DNA of 64,000 bases from Escherichia coli (GTDB lineage: Bacteria; Pseudomonadota; Gammaproteobacteria; Enterobacterales; Enterobacteriaceae), in the NCBI RefSeq assembly GCF_044324785.1, contig NZ_CP172127.1. One strand, written 5' to 3'. Shown piece after piece: positions 11,801 through 22,176 of the stretch. A program made the translations under genes and the position numbers. Position 1 is the first letter of the stretch. Each line of letters begins with the position of its first letter. The notes under the pieces were generated by a model. The model was not told where the DNA came from. It made no database searches and saw only the letters and a list, made by a program, of their open reading frames with translations.

Positions 11801-11871
11801 GTAACGATTATCAAAGTTTCAGTGGGGCGCAAACTCAATGAGAGACTAACCTCTCGCACCCCGTTGCTTAA

Positions 11872-12855
11872 TTAGTCGAAAATGCGCACAAGGCCAGTGA
11901 CTTTATTTGCCTTGTTGGTCACCAATAACGTTGAGACGCGGTGCTTTTGCATTTTTTCTTCCGCTTCAATGATCATGGTGTCTTCCGGTAGCGTCAGCGG
12001 TTCACGTGTCATCATCTGCGCAGCCGTGGCGGATGTCAGAGAATCCTCTTTTTCCATAAAGCGACGCAGGTCACCGTCGGTGATAATGCCCGCTAGCCCA
12101 CCTTCTGCGTCTTCTACCATCACCATTCCCTGGCATCCGCTGGTGATACGTTGAATCACGGTTTTAAATGACGCATCCAGCTGTACCGCAGGAACATCAT
12201 GCTGCATGACATCAGCAACGCGGGTCAGCAGGCGACGACCTAATGAACCGCCCGGGTGATAGCGCGCAAAATCATTCGGCATAAATTTGCGTTGGTGGAT
12301 CATGGCAATCGCCAGCGCATCGCCGATCGCCATCGTCAGCGTGGTAGACGTTGTTGGTGCAAGATTATTCGGGCAGGTTTCATTCGCCATGTGGAGTTCC
12401 AGCACGGCATCAGCATTTTTCGCCAGCGTGGAATTTCCATTATTGGTAATGGCGATAATTCGGTTGCCGAAATTTTTCAGTGAAGGAACTAGCTTGAGGA
12501 TTTCATCCGTTTCACCGCTGGCAGAAATAAGGATCAGAAGATCGTAAGGCGTAATCATGCCCAGATCGCCATGGAAAGCTTCTGCAGGATGAATAAAGAA
12601 ACTAGGCGTACCCGTAGAGGCCAGCGTCGCTGACATTTTACGACCGACATGCCCTGATTTACCCATTCCCGAAAGAATAACGTGCCCTTTACAGTTCATT
12701 ATCAAATTAAGGACACGCTGGTACTGCCCGGAATCCAGTTGTTTAGACAAGTTTTGTAATGCTGCGCCTTGTTCTGCCAGAGTCTGGCGAACAGAGGTAA
12801 TTAGATATGGATCGATAGTACTGCTCTGGTCATCAGGTAAATGTCTTTCAGACAT
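11872..12855 (-). CDS. kpsF: arabinose-5-phosphate isomerase KpsF (SIS + CBS domains)
   Basis: ORF 11872-12891; start trimmed to MSERHL with AAAGGAG SD; SIS motif GMGKSGHVGRK. Confidence 0.9.
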   Translation of the reverse strand: MSERHLPDDQSSTIDPYLITSVRQTLAEQGAALQNLSKQLDSGQYQRVLNLIMNCKGHVILSGMGKSGHVGRKMSATLASTGTPSFFIHPAEAFHGDLGMITPYDLLILISASGETDEILKLVPSLKNFGNRIIAITNNGNSTLAKNADAVLELHMANETCPNNLAPTTSTTLTMAIGDALAIAMIHQRKFMPNDFARYHPGGSLGRRLLTRVADVMQHDVPAVQLDASFKTVIQRITSGCQGMVMVEDAEGGLAGIITDGDLRRFMEKEDSLTSATAAQMMTREPLTLPEDTMIIEAEEKMQKHRVSTLLVTNKANKVTGLVRIFD

Positions 12856-13990
12856 ATCAGCTCCTTTGCACGGAAATAATGCCACAGTCACAACAAACCC
12901 GAACCCACTATAATTTATTTATGCTAAATCAATGGGTTGTAACAAAATTTTTAATGAATATAAAACCATGGTCAGTCCATGCTTATATGCAGGACTTATC
13001 ACCTTCTTATTAAGTCGCAATGTCTCATGGAGGTGCGAAGATGCTGCAATATTACAGGCGAGAAGGGGAACCAAATTTTGCCCACCTATTTAACACACCC
13101 CTACATTATGAACAAGGAATTTAGGATTTTTATCATTTATTAAAATGTTTCCTACTTGACTATTAAACCAAAAAACAATTTATCAATTGATTATTTCCTT
13201 GTAAAAAAAGAACGTATGACCATGTTATTAATAAATAAAACACGTAAATAATGGTGATGTTGTTTTGTGATTAACTATTTAAGAGTGGCATAATAAACAA
13301 GTTGACAATTTCTATGTAAAGAAGAAGAAAATAATAAAATTTTAGCGGTGACTATTGAATGATATGATAGTTGTGGTGTTGATTATTTCTGGTAATGAAT
13401 GCGGAATTAAATCTGGCCGGATTGTATTTTTGCTATATCTATTTTTCAGGAGATTATTATTAAATATAAAAATAACAATGGTGATTATCTCCGGTTGACC
13501 TGGAGTCACGTATGCCAGCGAGTGCTTTCTTCCGGGCCTTCCTTCACTTCAGAGAAAAAGAGGCAATCATCAGGCTCTTTTTGAGTCATATGCGCCGATA
13601 ATCAACTGTCTTGAACGTAAAAATTATGGAGCAACATGATGCTACGATTCATTTCACTCTTCGTTCTTTCTGAGCATTGCGTTCAGGATGGTCAGCAATT
13701 TACGCATACTGTCAACCAGCGCCACTTTTTTGGTTTTTCCGGCTGCTGACAGATGCATGTAAAATGCCTTTATCACCGGATTAAACCAGGTTACCACAAG
13801 CGCTGCCATGTGCAGGGCTGCTCTTGCCTCCGTACGCGCACTGGCGTCGTTCGGCCAGCAGATATGTGTGGGATAACAGGGATGTTATGTGAACTGAACT
13901 GTGTTTTGTTAGCGGGGGGATGTTTATTGATGATTCGGGAGTGTTTAAGACCTGATGGCGTTATGCTCCCAAGTTTATTTTATATAAAGA
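12856..13990 (-). promoter_or_regulatory. kps region 1 promoter and long AT-rich upstream regulatory region
   Basis: 1.1-kb AT-rich non-coding stretch upstream of kpsF; region 1 is known to have a long regulated upstream region. Confidence 0.4.
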
Positions 13991-13992
13991 TC

Positions 13993-14023
13993 CAAAAGCA
14001 AAAACCCGCCTTGTGGGCGGGTT
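13993..14023 (-). terminator. rho-independent terminator-like hairpin
   Basis: AACCCGCC-loop-GGCGGGTT stem followed by T-run on the minus strand. Confidence 0.35.
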
Positions 14024-14034
14024 CTTTAGAATAG

Positions 14035-14056
14035 TGGTGCCGGAATCGGAATCGAA
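14035..14056. repeat. degenerate copy of tRNA-Phe 3' end (att scar, island boundary)
   Basis: TGGTGCCGGAATCGGAATCGAA matches the reverse complement of the tRNA-Phe 3' end with one gap and one or two mismatches. Confidence 0.45.
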
Positions 14057-14166
14057 AATTTCTTTTATCATATTGATATTAATATAATTTGTTTGGTTTG
14101 ATTAAAAATGTACCCTCAATTATACCCGCAGTCCCTTTTGATATCGAAAGGGAATCACACTCGGGA

Positions 14167-15009
14167 TCAGGCTGAGAGCACAGAAGGAAAGTACCTGGCT
14201 ATTATATCGTTAATTCTGTCAATCAGTTCCAGCCTTTTGAAAGTGATGTGTGCAGATCCCTTCTTAAAGTATTTAATGATGAACATCTCGTCTTCATAGC
14301 GCTCTTTACCCTGAACGGACTGGATGTGACCATCCAGACGAATAGTGATGTTTTCCCGGTTGTCGGGGATCGGTTTGCCGCTGAACAGATGTAGCATTCT
14401 TTCCAGGTCGACGAGTCGGTCAGTCTGTTGCCCGGTGATAAGATGAAACCCCCACCGGTCCCACCTCACCAGGTTGTTGACGATAATTTTACTGCCAAAT
14501 TTGCAGGGGCAATTGGTTTTGTAATTCCAGCTCAGTCCCCTGAAGACGTTGATCACCCCTCGCTCAAACACCTCATCCTTATTCTGGTGTAGTTGTTCAA
14601 ATGTGATCAGAATGTTCGCTTCACTGATTTCCGGAAAATTATCGTACTCCAGTGACCGGTACCATGTATCACGGGCCTGTGCATCCATTAAGGAAAGCAT
14701 CCCTGAACGTTGCATCAGGTCACGCCAGATTTCGCGATCGAGATTGCGTGTGATGGCTTTCATTGCGGTTTCCGGTTTCTCCATCAGCCAGCAGCCGCAG
14801 CGAAAATCCTGTTTCATGGCCCAGCCCGGGGCGGCTTTACCGCCAATACTTTCTGTCATTGCTGATATTTCAGCCAGTTGCCGGATAAGTGTGTCGATTT
14901 GCAGCAGTGTACTCTTTCGTACAGCCAGAATGTGGCGGATATTGGTTGAGCAGATAACGTCCGTATGCCCGGTGACCACTTCCGGACGGGAGATTGTGAT
15001 GTCTGACAT
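14167..15009 (-). CDS. conserved island hypothetical protein (paralog at 45253-46122)
   Basis: 280-aa ORF with a near-identical paralog; sits beyond the CbtA toxin gene. Confidence 0.6.
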   Translation of the reverse strand: MSDITISRPEVVTGHTDVICSTNIRHILAVRKSTLLQIDTLIRQLAEISAMTESIGGKAAPGWAMKQDFRCGCWLMEKPETAMKAITRNLDREIWRDLMQRSGMLSLMDAQARDTWYRSLEYDNFPEISEANILITFEQLHQNKDEVFERGVINVFRGLSWNYKTNCPCKFGSKIIVNNLVRWDRWGFHLITGQQTDRLVDLERMLHLFSGKPIPDNRENITIRLDGHIQSVQGKERYEDEMFIIKYFKKGSAHITFKRLELIDRINDIIARYFPSVLSA

Positions 15010-15093
15010 TATCGGTTTCCCTTTTGGTTTATAAACGAAAACGCCAGCCCTGTTCAGGCTGACGTCAGTGGAATGAAGTATGGTGAGTGATAT

Positions 15094-15516
15094 TTACCGG
15101 TTCTGGTGCAGAAGCTGCAGGTGACGAAGAGTACGGACATCCTCCCGGGCCTGTTCGATACAGGGCAACAGTGCTGCCGAATCCGTTTTATCCTCATCGT
15201 TGTCAAAGATAATTCCCGATTCGCAGTCGATATTGTCCTGCAGCCACGCAATGAGGATATCCAGCGCTGTTTCAGTGGTTAATGGCATCACGCTCTGTAT
15301 CACTGTATTGTCTTCCGGCAACTGATGAGGGCTGGCAGAAGTCGCCGGTGTTTCGGTAGCGTCACGTTTATCCACCACGCGGAGTGAATAACCGTTTTCA
15401 GCGACCTTGTTAATCAGTTCAATGAGATTAACACCATCGACGTCAACGACAATTCGCCCCATGTTCAGCGCCTGCACGTTAACGCTGTCGGCTTCCAGCG
15501 TCAGGGCCAGTTTCAT
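15094..15516 (-). CDS. hypothetical protein in yeeW-like position downstream of cbtA
   Basis: 140-aa ORF overlapping cbtA stop by 4 bp; N- and C-terminal parts conserved in copy 2 but the middle is replaced. Confidence 0.45.
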   Translation of the reverse strand: MKLALTLEADSVNVQALNMGRIVVDVDGVNLIELINKVAENGYSLRVVDKRDATETPATSASPHQLPEDNTVIQSVMPLTTETALDILIAWLQDNIDCESGIIFDNDEDKTDSAALLPCIEQAREDVRTLRHLQLLHQNR

Positions 15517-15890
15517 TGTTTCGCCTCCGGATGCTTACCCAGAGTAATGTTATTTACTGTTCGGTAATTGTCGCGGGTCATCAGGCCGGTCGCCCTGCGA
15601 GCCCGGAGGATATCGATGCTGTTTATTAACTGAGAGCGGGTACAGGCGCTGAATCCCGGCTGGTCGGTACGCACCAGCGCGTATTTTTCCACGAGAAAGT
15701 TCACCGCATCACACAGTGAAATGCCTGCCTCAATATGCTGCTCAATCACACGTTCATCAGCGAACGGTGTGTCATTCAGTGTGAGGCCGTAATGCTGGTC
15801 CAGCAGTCGGGTGAGCAGTGTATGCCAGATGGTGACGGGAGACGGGCAGCACGATGCCTCCCGTACGTGTGTGTCAGGTAATGTTTTCAT
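15513..15890 (-). CDS. cbtA: CbtA/YkfI/YpjF-family type IV toxin
   Basis: MKTLPDTHV...LTLNDTPFADERVIEQHIEAGISLCDAVNFLVEKYALVRTDQPGF recognised as CbtA family; track ORF trimmed to MKTLP. Confidence 0.8.
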   Translation of the reverse strand: MKTLPDTHVREASCCPSPVTIWHTLLTRLLDQHYGLTLNDTPFADERVIEQHIEAGISLCDAVNFLVEKYALVRTDQPGFSACTRSQLINSIDILRARRATGLMTRDNYRTVNNITLGKHPEAKQ

Positions 15891-15936
15891 CTTAAGTTCT
15901 CTGTAACTGGTAGTGCTAAAGGTGAGATATTCGGGG

Positions 15937-16311
15937 TTATGAGGTGGTTGCGGGTGCCAGTGTCGGATAAACAGCCATATAAACGTAACCACAGGAGCCG
16001 AGGGTGTCGGCTTCACAGGCCAGCCCCTTCGCATACAGTGTCACGGTATGCTGATGGCGGGGATTCAGTTCACCGCTGGTGAGCATGAGCTCCAGTTGTT
16101 TCATCAGCAGCGGAAAGGCCTGGTCCAGGTGGTACGCATCTGCATCGCTGAACAGGCCTCTGATACCGGCGCGGTCGGCAAGGTAATGCAACCGGTTACC
16201 CTCCTGCACCAGACGTGCCCCGAAACAGGGCGTCACGGTGCAGGGCAGCCCCCACCAGGGGCGGTCGTGATTGTCGTCGGGAAGTGTTGTCCCGGGGAGT
16301 GTGTCTGACAC
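15937..16311 (-). CDS. cbeA: CbeA/YafW/YfjZ-family antitoxin
   Basis: 124 aa MSDTLPGTTLPDDNHDRPWWGLPCTVTPCFGARLVQEGNRLHYLADRAGI...; immediately upstream of toxin. Confidence 0.8.
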   Translation of the reverse strand: MSDTLPGTTLPDDNHDRPWWGLPCTVTPCFGARLVQEGNRLHYLADRAGIRGLFSDADAYHLDQAFPLLMKQLELMLTSGELNPRHQHTVTLYAKGLACEADTLGSCGYVYMAVYPTLAPATTS

Positions 16312-16386
16312 GATAAAATCCTCACAGAAAATCGGTTAAGAATGGTCCGGTAGTGGCGATAATTCTGCTCATCAGAATGCCCTGAC

Positions 16387-16608
16387 TCAGTTCAGGGTGA
16401 CACTCATCAGGCGGACATACGGGCCAAAACTGTCCTTACGGCGTTCTGCAAATACAGCCAGCACACCGGGAATATCCTGCACTTCACGACCGGTATACGC
16501 CTCAGCACTGCCGTGCCAGCGGTATTTACCGGTACAGAACGGAAAAAGACGGGATGTCGGATGTTGTTGGTGAATACGCATGGCTTCACCACGGGTGATG
16601 ATTTTCAT
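16387..16608 (-). CDS. YeeT/YkfH/YpjJ-family small protein
   Basis: 73 aa; conserved position between radC-like and antitoxin genes. Confidence 0.65.
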   Translation of the reverse strand: MKIITRGEAMRIHQQHPTSRLFPFCTGKYRWHGSAEAYTGREVQDIPGVLAVFAERRKDSFGPYVRLMSVTLN

Positions 16609-16676
16609 GGTGTGATACCTCTGAAGACAGAAGATAAAAGTGAAAACAGGTGTGATGTGGTGGTGACGGTGACGGG

Positions 16677-17153
16677 TTAAAGCAGACCGTGTTCCGCAAA
16701 GGAGAAAACCTGGCTGCCACCGACTATCAGATGGTCCGGTACCCGGATATCCACCAGGCCCAGTGCCTGTACCAGACGTTCCGTGATAAGGCGGTCTGCC
16801 TTGCTGGGTGTGACTTCACCGGACGGGTGATTGTGTGCCAGCACCACGGCAGCGGCATTGTGGTACAGGGCGCGTTTAATCACTTCCCGGGGATGGACTT
16901 CCGTGCGGTTGATGGTGCCGGTGAAGAGGGTTTCACCGGCAATCAGCTGATTCTGGTTGTTCAGATACAGCACCCGGAATTCTTCACGCTCCAGTCCCGC
17001 CATGTTCAGAATCAGCCATTCCCGTGCCGCATGCGTGGAGGTGAAGGCCACGCCGGGTTCATGAAGATGGCGGTCCAGGGCTTTCAGGGCCCGCTGAATG
17101 AGGCTGCGCTCTCTGGTTGTCATTTCTCCGGGCAGAAAGGAAATCTGTTGCAT
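16677..17153 (-). CDS. RadC-like JAB-domain protein (YeeS/YkfG/YfjY family)
   Basis: 158 aa; JAMM-like HNHPSG motif (VLAHNHPSGEVTPSKAD). Confidence 0.8.
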   Translation of the reverse strand: MQQISFLPGEMTTRERSLIQRALKALDRHLHEPGVAFTSTHAAREWLILNMAGLEREEFRVLYLNNQNQLIAGETLFTGTINRTEVHPREVIKRALYHNAAAVVLAHNHPSGEVTPSKADRLITERLVQALGLVDIRVPDHLIVGGSQVFSFAEHGLL

Positions 17154-17168
17154 TGTTCCGGCCCCCTT

Positions 17169-17654
17169 TCAGTCAATGATGCGCATAATGGCGCTGCATT
17201 CCGGATGCTGCAGGGCGTAATCCCGCAGACGGTAATAATGAACCGTCATGGCATAACACTCCGTACGGCAGGCGTGATGACTGTACGTCATCAGACAGGC
17301 AGCAATGCCGGCGGCTTCCGGGCTCATTTCAGCGCGGTTACCGTTCATGGCATTGAACAGTACCCATGTTTCGTCATCATCATCATCCGGTTCGGGGGCC
17401 ATAAATGCCCCGCCGTTATTCAGTGTGTACAGATTCCAGATACCACCGCAGTAGTCTTCACACAGACGGTCCATCCAGCCGAAGACACGGGGCTCCAGGG
17501 TCACCCACTGTGGAATGAGGCCAAAGTGCTGTGGCCAGAAGCTGATGCACTGTTCATCAGGGACGGGAGTGGCAACCAGTTGAGACTGGTTATTCCCTGA
17601 TGCAGTAGTTACGGAAACAGAAGGTGTGGTGGAATTATGTGAAACGGTTGTCAT
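17169..17654 (-). CDS. antirestriction protein (KlcA/ArdB-like, YfjX/YafX family)
   Basis: Recognised family; start trimmed to MTTVSHN to match copy 2 length (161 aa). Confidence 0.7.
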   Translation of the reverse strand: MTTVSHNSTTPSVSVTTASGNNQSQLVATPVPDEQCISFWPQHFGLIPQWVTLEPRVFGWMDRLCEDYCGGIWNLYTLNNGGAFMAPEPDDDDDETWVLFNAMNGNRAEMSPEAAGIAACLMTYSHHACRTECYAMTVHYYRLRDYALQHPECSAIMRIID

Positions 17655-17744
17655 GATATTATTCCTTATAAAAAGCAAATGAATGAAGAAGGCTCGGGGG
17701 CAGGGACAGACGTGAGTCAGGACGGCGCTTTCAGGTAAACGGTA

Positions 17745-18563
17745 TCAGCGCATGTTCTCCAGCAGCGTTTCCGCCATCACCCATAATGCGCGATTGAGCT
17801 TAATATCGGTGTCGATGCTGTGAATGGCCCGGGTATGGATACGTTTTCCTCTGGCACTGCGGCCGGAAATTCCGCCTTTCAGCATATTCTCCTGGATGGT
17901 CTGATATGCGCTCCACAGGTCCTTACCGTAATCCTCCCTGCGTCGTGGCGTAAGAATGTCAGCGGTGGTGACGGGCTGATGTTCGTCACCATAACGGTAA
18001 GTCAGGGCCGCCTGTGCCAGCGCCTGGCGTGCCGGTGGCGGCAGGACCAGCGACTGCATGGCATCACGCTTCTCCTCTATCCGGTCAAACACGCCCACCA
18101 CCTCGTAAGCCCCTTCGATAACTTTCTCCACTACATTTCCCCGGTGTGGAACACGCACTTCCCCCAGAGACTGGCCACAGACGCACCCGTTCTGGCAGAC
18201 GAACCTGAAGTAACCCGGCAGCATCTGGTAGCTGGAGGTACCGTCATGAGAGTTGAGCAGAATAATTTCAGGGACATGTTCTCCGTTTATCTCTCCGGCC
18301 CGCCGCAGACGCAGCATGTGTTTGGTATACCCCCGGCGGCCCGGGTCACGTACGCGGGTCTGGCAGGCGAAGAACGGCTGAAAGCCTTCCCGCTGCAGAT
18401 TTTCCAGGACGGTAATGGTGGGAATGTACGCATACCGTTCACTGCGGGAGGTGTGCCGGTCTTCCCCAAAAATACTGGGTACATGGCGTATCAGTTCTTC
18501 ATGTGTCAGCGGACGGTCACGGCGTATCTGGTTTACATGACCAAAACGACTTGCTAATCGCAT
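17745..18563 (-). CDS. DUF932-like protein (YfjQ/YafZ family)
   Basis: 272 aa, MRLASRFGHVNQIRRDRPLT...; conserved CP4-type island gene. Confidence 0.65.
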   Translation of the reverse strand: MRLASRFGHVNQIRRDRPLTHEELIRHVPSIFGEDRHTSRSERYAYIPTITVLENLQREGFQPFFACQTRVRDPGRRGYTKHMLRLRRAGEINGEHVPEIILLNSHDGTSSYQMLPGYFRFVCQNGCVCGQSLGEVRVPHRGNVVEKVIEGAYEVVGVFDRIEEKRDAMQSLVLPPPARQALAQAALTYRYGDEHQPVTTADILTPRRREDYGKDLWSAYQTIQENMLKGGISGRSARGKRIHTRAIHSIDTDIKLNRALWVMAETLLENMR

Positions 18564-18653
18564 GATTTGCTCCTTATGAATGAGTTAGCGGTATAAATGA
18601 AAAAGCCGCGTCTTCTGGAGAAGACGCGGCCTGATGGATCAAGTGAATGACGT

Positions 18654-18887
18654 TTATTGCCTGAGAATTCCCTCACTGGCGAGATACGGATTTAGCTGTT
18701 TTCCGGCATCAGGTTCAAAATTCCAGCACCGCCAGCGTAGCTGCCCTTCAGCATTGCGAATAACCAACCGGGAATATGTTCCCTGGTCATCTTCAGTAAA
18801 CACATTGCGGTAAGCTGTTTTGACGGCAACAGCCTGTTCGCGTGAGAAAGGGCCTTCGGGCAATAAACGTGATGTACAACCCGGCAT
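18654..18887 (-). CDS. DUF905-like small protein (YkfF family)
   Basis: ORF trimmed to internal Met to match 77-aa paralog at 50098-50331. Confidence 0.55.
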   Translation of the reverse strand: MPGCTSRLLPEGPFSREQAVAVKTAYRNVFTEDDQGTYSRLVIRNAEGQLRWRCWNFEPDAGKQLNPYLASEGILRQ

Positions 18888-18957
18888 ATCTGTTGCTCCC
18901 TGAAAGTAAAAAGCCCCGGTCATGATGACCGGGGCCTGAAGGAGAGTGACCTGATTA

Positions 18958-21804
18958 TCAGAAAGTCACATTCAGCGTGGCCTGACCGTTATAACCTTCA
19001 GCGCTGCTGCCGCTGACACTGTGGGCATAACCGGCCTGAACGCCCAGGGTGATATTTTCCCGGACACGGGCTTCCAGTCCGGCCTGCAGGTCCAGTGACG
19101 TGCCATTCCGGGACGGTGAGAACGTCATGTTACTGCCGGCGGCGGCTGTACCCATGCTCATGTCACCCCGGGAGCTGAAAGTGCGGATAACAGAAGGCTG
19201 TACCCACCAGTTCACCGGCAGTTCACTCACACGGTGTTTTGTACTGTCGCGCAGAGTGTCACGGGATGAGGTGCCTTCGCCAAAGGTCATATCGTTGTGG
19301 CTGCCCAGACGGAAGCCGGCACGCACATGTTGTGTACTGCCATGCCCGAACTTCACATAACCGGCGTTATCCTGGCCGTCATCCAGGGAGAGCCCCTGCC
19401 AGGTGTACTGCAGTTGTGGCTCCAGCATCAGGTTGTCAGTGATACTGAAGGGCAGACCGGTTTCCAGTGAGCCCAGCCAGCCCCAGCCCCGGGCGCGGAA
19501 GTCGTTATTGTCCGATGACGCTTTCATGCTGTGGCGGGTTCCCTGTGCCACAATGTCAGCCCACAGGCCGGAGGACGTGTGTGTCAGATTCAGGTATCCG
19601 CCCAGGCTGCCGGCATCATCCCGGACCGTGCCGGCGCGGGAACCGTCATCATCCTTAACATCAACGGAAGAATGGCCTGCAGCACCATATACCCCTGTCG
19701 TCAGAGACATACCGGCAACCTCTGTTCTGAGCAGGTCACCCTCCAGATGGACGAAGCCATAGCTGCCGCTGCTTTCCGGCGTGGCTCCACGGGCAATACC
19801 GCCGTTGTTATCGTGACCGAGATGACCGCCCTGAATGCTGAGACGGACGCTGTTATTTTCACCGCTTACACCGGTCTGATGGCTGCGGGAGCCTGCCAGA
19901 ATCCGGTCATAGTCCATTGCCTGTGTCAGCATGGAGGCATACAGGGGGACTTCAGCACGATAAGCATTTTCACTGCGCAGGTACCAGTCTTCATCGCTGT
20001 CACGGTTCAGGGTGTAGTTAAAGGCTCCGGCCTGAAGCGGGCGACTCAGGGCAAACGCACCTTCTTCTGTGGTGGCACCATTCTGTGCATCCACAACCCG
20101 GATACCCTGTCCGGAGGTTGCCACCCCGAGGTTACTGTTTCCGACATTTGTAAACGCAAGCCAGGTTTTGCCGGTTGCCTGACCACCATTAATCACCAGC
20201 TGGTCAGAGGTATTGCTGCCATCAAGGCGAACACGCATATTGATGGTGCCACCCTGACCGGTGAGGTTACTGGTTGTCAGTTTATGGAACGTTACCGGGG
20301 CGTTGCCTTTTGCAACAGCACGGCTCAGTACGGCATCCGGTGTTGTCTGATTGTCAAAGTAAATCTCCCCTGCGTTAACAATATCGCCGGTACTGACCAC
20401 ATCACCATTCAGTACCATGCTGGCGCCTTTACTGAGCTGTGTTCTGCCACTCAGACTTCCCCCGGCAGCCAGCATCAGTGTTCCACGATGTCCGACAGTG
20501 GTGTTGCTGGCCTGTCCCCCGGCATTAACCGTAAAGCTGCCGCCATTTTCCAGCAGCAGGTCGCTGGCCTGACCGGATATGCCATCAATACTGAACTTAC
20601 CGCTGGCATTGGTCCCCTCAACAGTGGCACCACTGTCTGCTATCAGGGCACCACCGGATGTCATGGTGACATCTGTTGCCTTACCACCGGCAGACACTGC
20701 CAGGGTACCGCCGTCATCCACCAGTGTTTTCTGCGCTGAATGGCCCTCCAGTACATCCAGGCGACCGCCGGACTCCAGAACAACGCCGTCAGCCTTACCG
20801 TTTTCCACTGTGAAATTGCCCAGACGGTTGCTGCCGGTGACGGTTGCCGCCGTACTGGTGACCAGTGCGCCGCCCTGCGTCAGGGTGACATTCGTGGCTG
20901 TACCACCGGCGTTCACCTGCAGTTTGCCTTTCTGGTTAACGGTGGTGAAATCCGCCAGACCACCTTCCTTGATAATCTGCCAGCCGTCACTGTTAACAAC
21001 AGTGCCAGACGCCGTACCGCCGTTGTGCACATACTGGTACCCCCCATTCAGCGTGGTATCCAGTGCGTGACCATGTACAGTCTGGTCGCCGCCGGCATAA
21101 ACCACAGTGGTATTTGCCGTTCCTTCAGCAGCCACAATCTGACGACCATTTTTATTGATGGTGGTGCGTACGGCATCTCCGTAGACGGTCTGCCCGGTAT
21201 CACCATTTTCCGCATCCGGTCCCCCTTCCGCGCCGGTATTCACAACCGTGTCGGTTGCCACTGCGCCGGATTTGACGGCCTGCCAGCCCTTCTCATTAAT
21301 GACGGTACCCGTTGCAATCCCGCCTTCATGTACCCACTGCTCACCGCCGTTCAGCGTGGTGTTCACTGCCTGCCCCTGAAGGCTCTGTCCGCCTCCGGCA
21401 CTGATAACCGTGTCTGAAACGCTTCCTCCGGCATTCACTCTCTGAAGACCACCACCGGTGACAGTAGTGTTGTTGGCGATACCGCCATTTTGTATCCATT
21501 GCCCGCCGGTATTGACCTCGTTATCCGGCCCATACTCCAGCCCGGTACTGATGGTCATTCCGTTGGTCGTACCGAAGACAATCTGGTTGTCATGATTTTC
21601 CAGTGCTCCGCCGCTCACGGTTTCTCCCGCCTGTACAACCGTGTCAGCAGCCAGTGCCGGGACTGATGTGACAGCAGCAAGAGACAGCGCAACCGCCACA
21701 CCGGCGCGTTTTCCCCGTGAGCGGGCCAGTTCGGAGGCCACCACCAGGGTGCCCGTAATGTGATTCCATACCAGCCTGTAGCTGGTGTTCAGATGTCGTT
21801 TCAT
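18958..21804 (-). CDS. flu: antigen 43 (Ag43) self-associating autotransporter adhesin
   Basis: [31 protein letters not shown] signal region, repetitive Gly/Thr/Asn-rich passenger, C-terminal beta-barrel ending ...TLNVTF; start trimmed to MKRHL (948 aa). Confidence 0.85.
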   Translation of the reverse strand: MKRHLNTSYRLVWNHITGTLVVASELARSRGKRAGVAVALSLAAVTSVPALAADTVVQAGETVSGGALENHDNQIVFGTTNGMTISTGLEYGPDNEVNTGGQWIQNGGIANNTTVTGGGLQRVNAGGSVSDTVISAGGGQSLQGQAVNTTLNGGEQWVHEGGIATGTVINEKGWQAVKSGAVATDTVVNTGAEGGPDAENGDTGQTVYGDAVRTTINKNGRQIVAAEGTANTTVVYAGGDQTVHGHALDTTLNGGYQYVHNGGTASGTVVNSDGWQIIKEGGLADFTTVNQKGKLQVNAGGTATNVTLTQGGALVTSTAATVTGSNRLGNFTVENGKADGVVLESGGRLDVLEGHSAQKTLVDDGGTLAVSAGGKATDVTMTSGGALIADSGATVEGTNASGKFSIDGISGQASDLLLENGGSFTVNAGGQASNTTVGHRGTLMLAAGGSLSGRTQLSKGASMVLNGDVVSTGDIVNAGEIYFDNQTTPDAVLSRAVAKGNAPVTFHKLTTSNLTGQGGTINMRVRLDGSNTSDQLVINGGQATGKTWLAFTNVGNSNLGVATSGQGIRVVDAQNGATTEEGAFALSRPLQAGAFNYTLNRDSDEDWYLRSENAYRAEVPLYASMLTQAMDYDRILAGSRSHQTGVSGENNSVRLSIQGGHLGHDNNGGIARGATPESSGSYGFVHLEGDLLRTEVAGMSLTTGVYGAAGHSSVDVKDDDGSRAGTVRDDAGSLGGYLNLTHTSSGLWADIVAQGTRHSMKASSDNNDFRARGWGWLGSLETGLPFSITDNLMLEPQLQYTWQGLSLDDGQDNAGYVKFGHGSTQHVRAGFRLGSHNDMTFGEGTSSRDTLRDSTKHRVSELPVNWWVQPSVIRTFSSRGDMSMGTAAAGSNMTFSPSRNGTSLDLQAGLEARVRENITLGVQAGYAHSVSGSSAEGYNGQATLNVTF

Positions 21805-22017
21805 CAGCTTTTCCTTACAGAGGGTGAATAAAAAAGCCGGTACCCACAAATGTGGATACCGGCAGGTACAAAACAGCATGGTCAGATAAAGTGTTTTTTC
21901 CCGGACATAAATGCTTCCCCTCTCTCATCCGCCAGAGAAGTATCAGTCCGTTGTGTGCAATTCCGTTCTGCATGATGAAGAGATTCAGCTGCCTTTTCGC
22001 AGGCCATTAACCACTAT

Positions 22018-22060
22018 AAATGATCGATTGTGACGATCGATACCTGTTTTATCGATCGTT
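22018..22060 (-). promoter_or_regulatory. agn43 phase-variation switch: three GATC Dam sites (OxyR operator region)
   Basis: GATC at about 22022, 22035, 22054 in TGATCGATTGTGACGATCGATACCTGTTTTATCGATCG, about 220 bp upstream of the flu start. Confidence 0.6.
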
Positions 22061-22176
22061 TTATTCTATTAATAACAAGGCAGCCACGCAAGAGAAACAG
22101 GAGGAGTATGAGGGGTTTGTGTCATGTTTTCAGTTGGTTAACGCAATGTAATCAGGCATTTCCTCTGGCAGAGTGT

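Larger units (their letters stand above)
14160..18930. repeat. segmental duplication copy 1 (CP4-like module)
   Basis: Collinear with 45250-50335 in the same orientation; sampled stretches about 90% identical. Confidence 0.7.

Noticed and set aside
13753-14034. 93-aa plus-strand ORF in the kpsF upstream region
   Set aside because: Cys-rich, low-complexity translation of AT-rich regulatory DNA with no SD; treated as non-coding.
15513-16034. 173-aa extended form of the CbtA ORF (and 172-aa form at 46898-47416)
   Set aside because: The N-terminal 48 aa are an upstream in-frame extension without SD; the toxin family starts at MKTLP.
16689-17600. 303-aa plus-strand ORF, with its twin at 48133-49044
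   Set aside because: Antisense to the well-supported RadC-like and antirestriction genes in both copies; conserved only because the sense genes are conserved.
19531-20739. 402-aa plus-strand ORF (and other long plus-strand ORFs between 19049 and 21417)
   Set aside because: Lies antisense inside the repetitive, GC-rich agn43 gene; long antisense ORFs are expected there and it has no SD or independent support.
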